Below, one piece after another: positions 1-15,522 of a stretch of 64,000 bases of DNA. The stretch is from the human T2T-CHM13v2.0 reference genome, Homo sapiens. Position numbers and translations under genes: made by a program. Below the pieces are notes generated by a model. That model was not told the DNA's origin. It searched no databases and worked only from the letters and a program-made list of their open reading frames with translations. The first letter of the stretch is position 1. Each line of letters begins with the position of its first letter. Location: the NCBI RefSeq assembly GCF_009914755.1, contig NC_060929.1; one strand, 5' to 3'.

Positions 1-303
1 ACCATTATCTATTTCAATTTCTAACATATCTGCCATGCTTTATTTACTTTTATTTTTAAATTAATATAAATAGAAGCTGGCGTCCATGTAATATGAATAC
101 CTTTTATGCAGCACTAAGTAAAACACTGGTTCTGTGAATATTCAGTTCACTTATCAAATGTCATAGTGTGTGTGTGTGTTAGGTTAACCATTTCAGAGTG
201 AGTAATGATCAATATTTAAGGAATATTTGAGGCCTAACAAACATATCAATACTTGTACAAATTTAGCTTCTTTGCAGAACTGGAAGTAATGATTTATTTC
301 TAG

Positions 304-590
304 TTTTGGTTTTTTGTTTGTTTTAGAGACAGAGTCTTGCTCTGTCACCCAGGCTGGAGACAGTGGAGCAATCTCAGCTAACTGCAGCCTCTAACTTTTG
401 GTTCAAGAGATTCTCCCACCTCAGCTTCCCAAATAGCTAGGACTACAGGTACAAGCCATCATGCCCAGCTTACTTTTTAATTTTTTGTAGAGATGGGGTC
501 TCAATATGCGGCCCAGCCTGGTCTTGAACTCCTGGCCTCAAGAAATCCCCCCGCCTCAACCTCCTAAAGTGCTGGGCACCATGCCCAGCC
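304..590 (-). mobile_element. AluJ-type SINE
   Basis: Reverse-complement Alu dimer with degenerate T-rich tail at left; flanked by tatttctagtttt / tattcctagtttt (candidate TSD). Confidence 0.92.
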
Positions 591-960
591 TATTCCTAGT
601 TTTCAGTTAGATATATTTAATACTGGAGGATTATCTAATGCTATGTGAGGGTACATTTTTACCATGAGAGATGGACAAATATTAAAATTCTGTTCAGCAT
701 CACAAATACTGCATCAGGGTAGGCTGAAGTCAAGCTTCTGAGACTATTCTGGCCTAATTAGCAGTACAATATTTGTTTAAAAGTCTCCCTTTCATGACTT
801 CTGCCATTAGAAACTAAACACCATGGAAATGGCTTTTGTAAAGCAACATTTCTTTATTCCTGTATTTTTCTTCTATCTCTCAACTAAGTAAGGATTCTAC
901 AAATGCAATGTCTCTCTTTTGTTTTACTAATAGATATTGCAAAATGTACCTTTTTAAGAG

Positions 961-1259
<299 letters not shown>

Positions 1260-1499
1260 GAGAGCCAAACAAGTAAATGAAATTAAGTCCAATTCAAGTT
1301 TACCAGATTAAAAAAAAAAAGAAAAGAAAAAAAAGAACAGAGCTATAGATCAGGAGCCCATTGCTTAATAATGAGCTAAAGGCAGATTGTAAAGTTGACG
1401 GATTTCACAAAGTATTTTATTGAGGTCATGCACAATTATAAGCATTGGAACTGCAGTGAAATGACAAAAGTCTGTGTGTAACTTTAATGGAATCTATTA

Positions 1500-2000
1500 A
1501 TAATTGACATTTATTGAGTAATTTATAGGAAGTCTCAAGATCCAAAATATTTCTTGATGGTTTCACTTAATCTTACAAGAACCCAGTTAAATTTCTACTT
1601 TTTTTAAGCGTTATTTTAAGTTCCAGGATACATGTGCAGGATGTGCAGGTTTGTTACATAGGCAAACGTGTGCCATGGTGGTTTGCTGCATGCACTATTC
1701 ATGATAGCAAAGACAGGGAATCAACTCAACTGCCCATCAATGATAGACTGGATTAAGAAAATGTGATACATATACACTATGGAATACTATGCAGCCATAA
1801 GAAGGAATGAGAATATGTCTTTTGCAGGGACATGGATGGAGGTGGAAACCATTATTTTCAGCAAATTAAATTTCTACTTTTAAACTCCCTATTTGAAAAA
1901 TGAGAAAATACAGGGTTAGAGCGTTTTAATGACTTACTCAAGGTCATAGAACTCAAAAGTGTTGGGTCAGGGATTTGAAGGCAAGCTGGCTCACTCTTAC
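1500..2000. mobile_element. MIR relic interrupted by an L1 fragment
   Basis: MIR core-like motifs (cacttaatcttacaagaaccc; atttgaaaaatgagaaaatacagggttagag...gacttactcaaggtcatag) on both sides of the 1603-1865 L1. Confidence 0.6.
1603..1865 (-). mobile_element. Short 5'-inverted L1PA insertion (twin-priming structure)
   Basis: Antisense L1 3' terminus (~1603-1690) joined to a sense ORF2-end fragment (~1691-1865); identical 16-bp TSD ttaaatttctactttt at 1587-1602 and 1866-1881. Confidence 0.85.
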
Positions 2001-3165
2001 TATTCCCTATTTCCTAAAAATATTTTTTCAGCACTTATTACGATTTTCTGTATTTCTGGGGGCGTGACTATTGTTATCCTCCTCCCATGATTGAAGAAAC
2101 TGAGACTCAGAGAGAAAAGAAAGAAGTAACATGCTTAAAATTGCACAGTACACCATTGCCAGATCTAAACTTTCAAGCCAAGAGTTCATATCCCTTTAGA
2201 TTAAAACTCGAGAGACTATATAAATACAATCTAAAGCAGTTAGTCTTAACTTTACCTGATTTTCTATAATGATTCTCTATATTTAAAAAAATTGTAATAT
2301 AGAATATGCAGTAGATCTTGACTTGTATGACCATTTTCCATATACATACCTTTGTGTTTGCTATAAATTAGAAGCCAGAATTATTCCAGGAGAGGGAAAG
2401 GGTAACCTGTGAGGACAATGGCTTATTTTATATACACATATAATATAGCCAGAAAAATTCTCAAAATTCTATATCTGTGCAGGAGCAGGGGCTATATGGG
2501 AAATCTCTGTATCTTTCTTTCAATTTTGCTGTGAATCTAAACTGGTTATTGAAATACTCAGAAGATGACAAATTTTTGCATATTATGTCATCTGCCCAGG
2601 TGACATTAATTATTCTGGCATCACAGAAAATGTAGAACCATTTGTAATTGTAGTTCATTTGTAAACATAAAGTTGGCCCTTTGCTTGTGAACATTGCTAT
2701 CTGTTGTCCTCAGCTTCAGGCCCACCTTATCCACACAATATTAGCCCTGGCATGTACCATATTCATGACCCCTGTAGTTACAAATCAAGAGGTTGGAAAG
2801 CTGAAGGTCACATTACACTTCAGTCTGGGCTCTGTCAAAATAAAATCAGTTCGAGTTACACAAATTTTTAGTTTATTGTCACATAGAAAAGAAAGTACAG
2901 ATTGCAACCTAGGAGACTCAATCCGAAAAAAGGTGAGAATTTTAACTCAGCAGTTATAGGATGACTCATCAATCAAAATAAGGAAGTTTGAAACCTTTAT
3001 AATGATTGGATATTACAAGAGAGGTTTCCAGATGATAGAGGATTGGTTAAACGTGATTATCTTATACAATTTCTAGAAGGCAATGTAAGCTTCATTTATG
3101 ATTTCAGAAGCATTTACAAGAAATAACCTAAGTTTCACTTACATTTTTAAAAATACGCTAAGTTT

Positions 3166-3483
<318 letters not shown>

Positions 3484-3854
3484 TTATTATGTGGCCTACC
3501 TGGTTTTGTCTGCTTGGGGAACTCTCAGGCCTGATCTCCATTTTATTTTATTTCAACAGTTCCACAACTGATGAAGCTTTCACCAGGTGAACTAACGTCT
3601 ACAATAATTGAAATGAGGTCCAGTCAGGTTCCACCTCTGCTGTTTCTGTTTTTATTGGCTGCAGTATCGGAAGTCCCAATATCTGGACCCCATTTTTTTG
3701 AGGCATAGAACATTCATTTTGCCAGCATGGAAGGAGTTGAAATAGTGTGATCATAGACCCAGCAGTTTGGGCAGCTACTTACTAATTTTCCAAATCCTTG
3801 GTCTTGGCAGAAATAACCACTTATTATTGCTAGGTCAGTACCTACAGCAACAGA

Positions 3855-4030
3855 AAAGCACAATGGTTAGGAATATGAATTTAGGAGTTGCATTGCCTGT
3901 GTTCAAATGCCAGCTCTGCCACTTACTACTAGTGCAATGGTAGGTAAGTGATTAGGAAAAAAATGCGTAGTGAGAATTTATATGTATAAAAACATGTAGA
4001 ATGATCCCTGGATCATAGAAAGTACTATCT
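3855..4030. mobile_element. MIR relic
   Basis: aatggttaggaatatgaatttaggag...gttcaaatgccagctctgccacttacta MIR motifs. Confidence 0.65.
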
Positions 4031-4639
4031 CTTCAGGAAATAATTTCTTTAAGCTCAACCTAGAGCCTGTATCTCTTCCATCCCTTTACACAATTGTGTA
4101 GACATACAATTTTCCATATTAAATCTCTTTTGGCTCAAACCAAATAAAGTGGTTTTTACTGTCTTCTATTGAACCTTGACTGATACATGGGCTGTTTTCT
4201 ATTTCTTTTTGAGTACTGGTTATTAAATTACAAAAAATAATTAAGAAATTAGAGGATGTGAGGCGGTTTAAAAGCTAAAGGATATTCTGCGATTTGGTTA
4301 TAAAGGCAAGTACAACATAAATGCAGCATTTGGATCCACAGAAGTAAGGTAAATTATTTCTAAAAAATGTTTGCTAGAAGCTTTGAGTGTATTTCCAGCC
4401 ATGCTTCTTCAGGCACAATACTTTAAAGCAATTGTATTTAATAGCTCACACCTCTAGCTCTTCTTGTTGCTAAATTAACAATAGACACCATCCAGAAAAT
4501 CCTATTGAAAATGAGACCACTGCAATGAAACTTTCTTCATTTCAAAAAGTTATTTGTCTAGATAATTTATTTCATAATTCATTATTTATTTACCTAGTGC
4601 ATTTATCTTTAAAATATTAGAAATTTAAAAGTTTCCAAA

Positions 4640-5365
4640 AGTCTTCATTGCTCTCTAGACCCATATATTTCACTGCATACTCCACATCTCCATTTAAAAT
4701 TAAGCATCTTAAACTTACCAGGAAGCTCCTTAGTCTCAACATCTGGTAAATGGTTCTATTATTCATCCAGTTGCTAGAACCAAAAACCCATGAGTCATCC
4801 TTAGCCCTTCTTTTCCTCACACTCCAGATACAACTCATCTGACTTTGGCCTGACTCTCAAAATATATCTCAAATCAGTTCTTTAATAATTACACTCTCAG
4901 TTAAGTAGTCGGGTTCAGTGAAGGAAACAGACGCGCTATGCATTTCAAGGAGAAAGACTATACCGAGTACTGCACATTCTTCAAAAATTCCTGAAATCTC
5001 ACTTGTTGACTTGGAAATTTCTGACTCCTTTGCCTTCAATGTTCTTTCCAGTCTTGTATGTCTGGGTCCCTCACTTTGCTGCAAATGGTTTCAAATGGCA
5101 CCTTCTCCAAGAGTCCTTCCCTGAGAGCACCTTCTAGAAGTGCACCCCAATTTATTGCCCTCTGCATTCTACAGCTTCTTTCCTCTCCTCTTTTTTCTCA
5201 GAATACCTGACATGGTATTGTACATTTCTTGATTCAGTTGTTTGTTTTGCATTTCACTAACTAGAATAATAGTGCCATAAAGGTAAGAACTCTGTGGTTT
5301 TCACCATTGAATCCCCAGCACCAAAAATAGTAATGAACATCAGTAGGAGCTCAAAAAATATTTGT
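4640..5365. mobile_element. L2 fragments
   Basis: L2 3'-region motifs (catccagttgctagaaccaaaaacccatgagtcatcctt; ttcaccattgaatccccagcacc...gtaggagctcaaaaaatatttg). Confidence 0.55.
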
Positions 5366-5412
5366 AGAAAGGCAGAATCTTCATACCATTTCCTCTTTGA
5401 TTGCCTTAAAGG

Positions 5413-6350
5413 TTATTATCCTAATCAAACGTACTCAGATTTTAGATTGCTCCACCTTCCACATCACAGCATTAATCAGACAACTGACCTTGATCCATAT
5501 GTGATATTTTTTGTGGCCATTCCATGCATTCCATATAGTAGTCACCACTGCATTCAAGATAAAGGATTAGAAAAGCTCAAAAGGGAATGCTTAAAGTGAG
5601 GCATTTATCATTTATGAAAAAGTTCTTAACACAGACTTAGAGCAGGTGAGAAGCATCCTAAAAGAAGGGTATCAATCATTGCACTGGATTTAAAAATGAA
5701 AGTTCAGAGAATTGTTCCACTATATATTCTATATGAAGGCTTGATATCTGTGGAAGTTATCTTGTGACTTCAAAATTAACTACTAACATTATTCGGTATT
5801 ACTGCAATTATGAATACAATTATAAATAATTTGCATAAATCTATCATGTTATACATCTCAGATAGCCAAAAACTGAGGCTCTAATTTTTTCTTTGTCATT
5901 TGTTTGGTTTCTAAAGTTGTGATATAATATTGAATATTGGGTTATTTCCTTTAATTCAATATTCTTAATATATTTATTTTCATTACTATTAACCATTAAA
6001 ATATTAAATATTAACTCTCACAAATCCTTTGCATTTATGAAACATATTATTTTGAAGCCTGAGTGTAAATATATTTCTTAATTCTCTTAATAACTTATGA
6101 GGTATTTATTGTTTCCACTTTACAGATAAAAAAACACACACTGAAAAGATAAGCTGTTTACACAAACTCATACAAGAAAATAATCCTAGACCCTTTGATA
6201 GTAGTTTTATTATTTTTTTTCCATTGGAAAAAAATCATAGACCCAAACAGAGACACAAAAGGTAGCGTCCTTTGAGATACTAACAAGATAGCTAAAGAAA
6301 TAAAATATATACTTCACACTAATTGAACTGAATAATAACATAAATGGGAG
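5413..6350 (+). repeat. Source arm of a ~0.9-kb inverted duplication (partner 14626-15522)
   Basis: Reverse complement aligns along its length with 14626-15522; the ORF track shows matching peptides at 5294..5599(+) and 15336..15542(-). Confidence 0.93.
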
Positions 6351-7643
6351 AGAAGCAGTAGCTATCATTTGTGCAGGCTACCTCTGGCACATTTTGTGGT
6401 AGATCCTTGATGCTAACCTCACTTAATATTGAACGCAAAGACATAAGGTAAGTGCTGTCATCATCAATTGAAAAATAAGGAGACTTTGCTTCGGAGTCCA
6501 AGTTTACGTGGATGATAAGCATTGAAGGCAAGACCTGAGTCCACATCTATGTGATTCTAAAGCCCACGCTCTAACACTGTGCTTTACTCTTATAAAAAGA
6601 AACATACACATTTTCCTAGATTTCAGAGAATGAGTAGTTTTATCCTTCGATGGAGGTTCCATGGAATTTTAAACAGTGATATGAACAAAGAATTGAATTG
6701 GAGGAACCTAGAAAAACTGCCAAAGTAGAGTAGACAGTATGAACTTAAAAATGAGCATAGCAACTTCTGGAAAGAGTGAGGAGATGAGCATAAAGTAGGA
6801 AATACTAAATTAAGAAGTAAAGAGAGAAAAGAATAAAGTCAGATGATGGAGGCCTAGAAAACCTAAGTAGAGAAAAATTGACCTTTTTCTATTAAGAACA
6901 GGAGATGATTTCAATGAAATTTGTGTTTAAAATCAGTCTAATTAAGGTTTATGAGTGAAAAGAAAAAGACAAGACCAGGTGCAGACACTAATCAGGAGAC
7001 ATACCACAATGCAAAGGAGAATGTATAGAAACCTGGAAAACTGAGGAACCAATAAAATATGATTTTAAAATACTGAAGACAGCAGGCTCAAGAAAAAGAT
7101 TGGATTTGAGTTAATATGGTTTGGATGACAAAAAAGTAAATTTAGAAAGTAAGATTTTACTGAATTGTTGAAAGAGAATGGAATTTCAGGTCTAGATAAT
7201 GAATAGGCCTTTGTAAAGGGAACAACGACCTCTTCTTCTCCAAATAAGCCCTGTGAGTAGATGGGTTAATGAATCAAATGATGATTTTGGCGGGGCAAAA
7301 CCCTAAGCAAAATCCAGGGCATTTTAATTCCTCAAGCCAAAAGACTTGTATTCTATCTCCATCTCTGCCAGTTAACAGCAATGTCAGGGAGCAAACTGGT
7401 ACCATTTTGTAAACTGAGTTGTTCAAGGTAAATTATCTCAAGGATTGTTTCATCTATTTAAAAAATGAAGTCAGTGTGTCTTGCCATCCTATGTAACACA
7501 GGACAGCATGATTTATGCAGGTGTATTCAGCACCGTCGATCTTCTTATGAAATACGTTTAACATTTCAGCTCATATCACAACATCTGGGAAAAGCGCACA
7601 GTTAAGAATTAGCCAGAAAAATGCTGAATAAAGATGAAATGAT

Positions 7644-7713
7644 GGAGGTCGGGAATTCGAGACCAGCCTGACCAACATGGAGAAACTCCGTTTCTACTTA
7701 AGATACAAAATTA
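7644..7713 (+). mobile_element. 70-bp AluSp left-arm fragment inside the L1HS TSDs (putative 5' transduction)
   Basis: ggaggtcgggaattcgagaccagcctgaccaacatggagaaactccgtttctacttaagatacaaaatta lies between the 5' TSD (7630-7643) and the L1 start (7714). Confidence 0.88.
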
Positions 7714-8619
7714 GGGAGGAGGAGCCAAGATGGCCGAATAGGAACAGCTCCAGTCTACAGCTCCTAGCGTGAGCGACGCAGAAGACGGGTGATTTCTGCA
7801 TTTCCATCTGAGGTACCGGGTTCATCTCACTAGGGAGTGCCAGACAGTGGGCGCAGGCCAGTGTGTGTGCGCACCGTGCGCGAGCCGAAGCAGGGCGAGG
7901 CATTGCCTCACCTGGGAAGCGCAAGGGGTCAGGGAGTTCCCTTTCCGAGTCAAAGAAAGGGGTGACGGACGCACCTGGAAAATCGGGTCACTCCCACCCG
8001 AATATTGCGCTTTTCAGACCGGCTTAAGAAACGGCGCACCACGAGACTATATCCCACACCTGGCTCAGAGGGTCCTACGCCCACGGAATCTCGCTGATTG
8101 CTAGCACAGCAGTCTGAAATCAAACTGCAAGGCGGCAACGAGGCTGGGGGAGGGGCGCCCGCCATTGCCCAGGCTTGCTTAGGTAAACAAAGCAGCCGGG
8201 AAGCTCGAACTGGGTGGAGCCCACCACAGCTCAAGGAGGCCTGCCTGCCTCTGTAGGCTCCACCTCTGGGGGCAGGGCACAGACAAACAAAAAGACAGCA
8301 GTAACCTCTGCAGACTTAAGTGTCCCTGTCTGACAGCTTTGAAGAGAGCAGTGGTTCTCCCAGCACGCAGCTGGAGATCTGAGAACGGGCAGACTGCCTC
8401 CTCAAGTGGGTCCCTGACCCCTGACCCCGAGCAGCCTAACTGGGAGGCACCCCCCAGCAGGGGCACACTGACACCTCACACGGCAGGGTATTCCAACAGA
8501 CCTGCAGCTGAGGGTCCTGTCTGTTAGAAGGAAAACTAACAACCAGAAAGGACATCTACACCGAAAACCCATCTGTACATCACCATCATCAAAGACCAAA
8601 AGTAGATAAAACCACAAAG
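7714..8619 (+). promoter_or_regulatory. L1 5'UTR: CpG-rich internal sense promoter and antisense promoter
   Basis: YY1 motif caagatggccg near the start; high CpG density; position matches the known L1HS 5'UTR. Confidence 0.88.
7950..8165 (-). CDS. ORF0: L1 ORF0 (71 aa, primate antisense ORF)
   Basis: MAGAPPPASLPPCSLISDCC...RCVRHPFL is the C-terminal 71 aa of track ORF 7950..8234; ATG at 8165; splice donors CAG|gtgtgg after 8060 and CAG|gtgcgt after 7975. Confidence 0.85.
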   Translation of the reverse strand: MAGAPPPASLPPCSLISDCCASNQRDSVGVGPSEPGVGYSLVVRRFLSRSEKRNIRVGVTRFSRCVRHPFL

Positions 8620-9635
8620 ATGGGGAAAAAACAGAACAGAAAAACTGGAAACTCTAAAACGCAGAGCGCCTCTCCTCCTCCAAAGGAACGCAGTTCCTCA
8701 CCAGCAACAGAACAAAGCTGGATGGAGAATGATTTTGACGAGCTGAGAGAAGAAGGCTTCAGACGATCAAATTACTCTGAGCTACGGGAGGACATTCAAA
8801 CCAAAGGCAAAGAAGTTGAAAACTTTGAAAAAAATTTAGAAGAATGTATAACTAGAATAACAATACAGAGAAGTGCTTAAAGGAGCTGATGGAGCTGAAA
8901 ACCAAGGCTCGAGAACTACGTGAAGAATGCAGAAGCCTCAGGAGCCGATGCGATCAACTGGAAGAAAGGGTATCAGCAATGGAAGATGAAATGAATGAAA
9001 TGAAGCGAGAAGGGAAGTTTAGAGAAAAAAGAATAAAAAGAAATGAGCAAAGCCTCCAAGAAATATGGGACTATGTGAAAAGACCAAATCTACGTCTGAT
9101 TGGTGTACCTGAAAGTGATGTGGAGAATGGAACCAAGTTGGAAAACACTCTGCAGGATATTATCCAGGAGAACTTCCCCAATCTAGCAAGGCAGGCCAAC
9201 GTTCAGATTCAGGAAATACAGAGAACACCACAAAGATACTCCTCGAGAAGAGCAACTCCAAGACACATAATTGTCAGATTCACCAAAGTTGAAATGAAGG
9301 AAAAAATGTTAAGGGCAGCCAGAGAGAAGGGTCGGGTTACCCTCAAAGGAAAGCCCATCAGACTAACAGCGGATCTCTCGGCAGAAACCCTACAAGCCAG
9401 AAGAGAGTGGGGGCCAATATTCAACATTCTTAAAGAAAAGAATTTTCAACCCAGAATTTCATATCCAGCCAAACTAAGCTTCATAAGTGAAGGAGAAATA
9501 AAATACTTTACAGACAAGCAAATGCTGAGAGATTTTGTCACCACCAGGCCTGCCCTAAAAGAGCTCCTGAAGGAAGCGCTAAACATGGAAAGGAACAACC
9601 GGTACCAGCCGCTGCAAAATCATGCCAAAATGTAA
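8620..9635 (+). pseudogene. ORF1: L1 ORF1p (RNA-binding chaperone), disrupted by a 1-bp deletion
   Basis: Split into 86-aa (8620-8880) and 248-aa (8889-9635) pieces; actagaataa-caatacag at ~8861 versus consensus actagaataaccaatacag. Confidence 0.92.
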
Positions 9636-9674
9636 AGACCATCGAGACTAGGAAGAAACTGCATCAACTAATGA

Positions 9675-13526
<3,852 letters not shown>

Positions 13527-13944
13527 ACAATGAGATCACATGGACACAGGAAGGGGAATATCACACTCTGGGGACTGTGGTGGGGTCGGGGGAGGGGGGA
13601 GGGATAGCATTGGGAGATATACCTAATGCTAGATGACACATTAGTGGGTGCAGCGCACCAGCATGTCACATGTATACATATGTAACTAACCTGCACATGG
13701 TGCACATGTACCCTAAAACTTAGAGTATAATAAAAAAAAAAAAATAAAAAAATAAAAAAAGATGAAATGATACACGTGTGAAAGATCTTCTTGAGACTGA
13801 GTTATATATAGAATCTTTGTGAGAGAATTTTGCTAGCAAATTATGGCTTATTGGTATCATTTGAAAAGACAGCGATCTATTTTATAGAGTAGCTAGGCTT
13901 CATCTGTTATTTTCCAATCTCCAGTGATCAATAATAGTAATGCT

Positions 13945-14625
<681 letters not shown>

Positions 14626-15522
14626 CTCTCATTTATGTTATTATTTTATTTCTTTAGAAGTCTTGTTAGTATCTTGAAGACTCTATCTTTTGTGTCTCTG
14701 TTTGGGTCTATGACTTTTTTTCCAATGGAAAAAAAAATACTAAAACTATTATCAATGGTCTAAGATTATTTTCCCTTATGAGTACAGCTTATCTTTTCAG
14801 TGTGTTATTTTTTAATCTGCAAAATGGAAACAATACATAACATCATAAGTTATTAATAGAATGAAGAAATATAGTATTTACACACAGGCTTCAAAATAAC
14901 ATATTTTATAAATGCAAAGGATTTGTGACAGTTTATATTTAATATTTTAGTGGCTGATACTAATGAAATAAAATATATTAAGAATATTGAATTAAAGAAA
15001 ACAACCCAGTATTCAATATTATATTGCAACTTTAGAAACCAAACAAATGATGAAGAAAAAATTAGAGCTTCAGTTTTTGGTTATTTGAGATGTATAACAT
15101 GATAGCTATATGCAAATTATTCACAACTGTATTCATAATTGCAGTAATTCTGAAGAATGTTAGCAATTAACTTCAAAGTCACAAGATAATTTCCACAGAT
15201 ATCAAGCCTTCATATAGAATATATAGTGGAACAATTCTCTGAGCTTTTACTTTTAGATCCAGTGCAATGATTGATATCCTTCTTTCAGGATGCTGTAAGT
15301 CTGTGTTAAGAACTTTTTCATAAATGATAAATGCCTCACTTTAAGCATTCCCTTTTGAGCTTTTCTGATCCTTTATCTTGAACGCAGTGGTAACTACTAT
15401 ATAGAATGCATGGAATGGCCATAAAAAATATCACATATGGCCCAAGGTCAGTGGTCTGATTAATGTTGTGATGCTGAACGTGGAGCAATCTAAAATTTGC
15501 GTACTTTTGATTAGGATAATAA
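14626..15522 (-). repeat. Inverted copy of 5413-6350 embedded at the L1 inversion junction
   Basis: For example tttgattaggataataa (ends 15522) is the reverse complement of 5413-5429, and ctctcatttatgttattatt (from 14626) matches 6331-6350 with one mismatch. Confidence 0.93.

Noticed and set aside
5294-5599. Paralogous-looking peptides in ORFs 5294..5599(+) and 15336..15542(-), suggesting a small gene family
   Set aside because: Similarity is explained by the inverted DNA duplication; there are many amino-acid changes, the starts lie outside the duplicated block, and there is no exon or domain evidence
8402-8617. 71-aa antisense ORF in the L1 5'UTR with the same length as ORF0
   Set aside because: The true ORF0 peptide (MAGAPPP...) is at 7950-8165; the length match is coincidental
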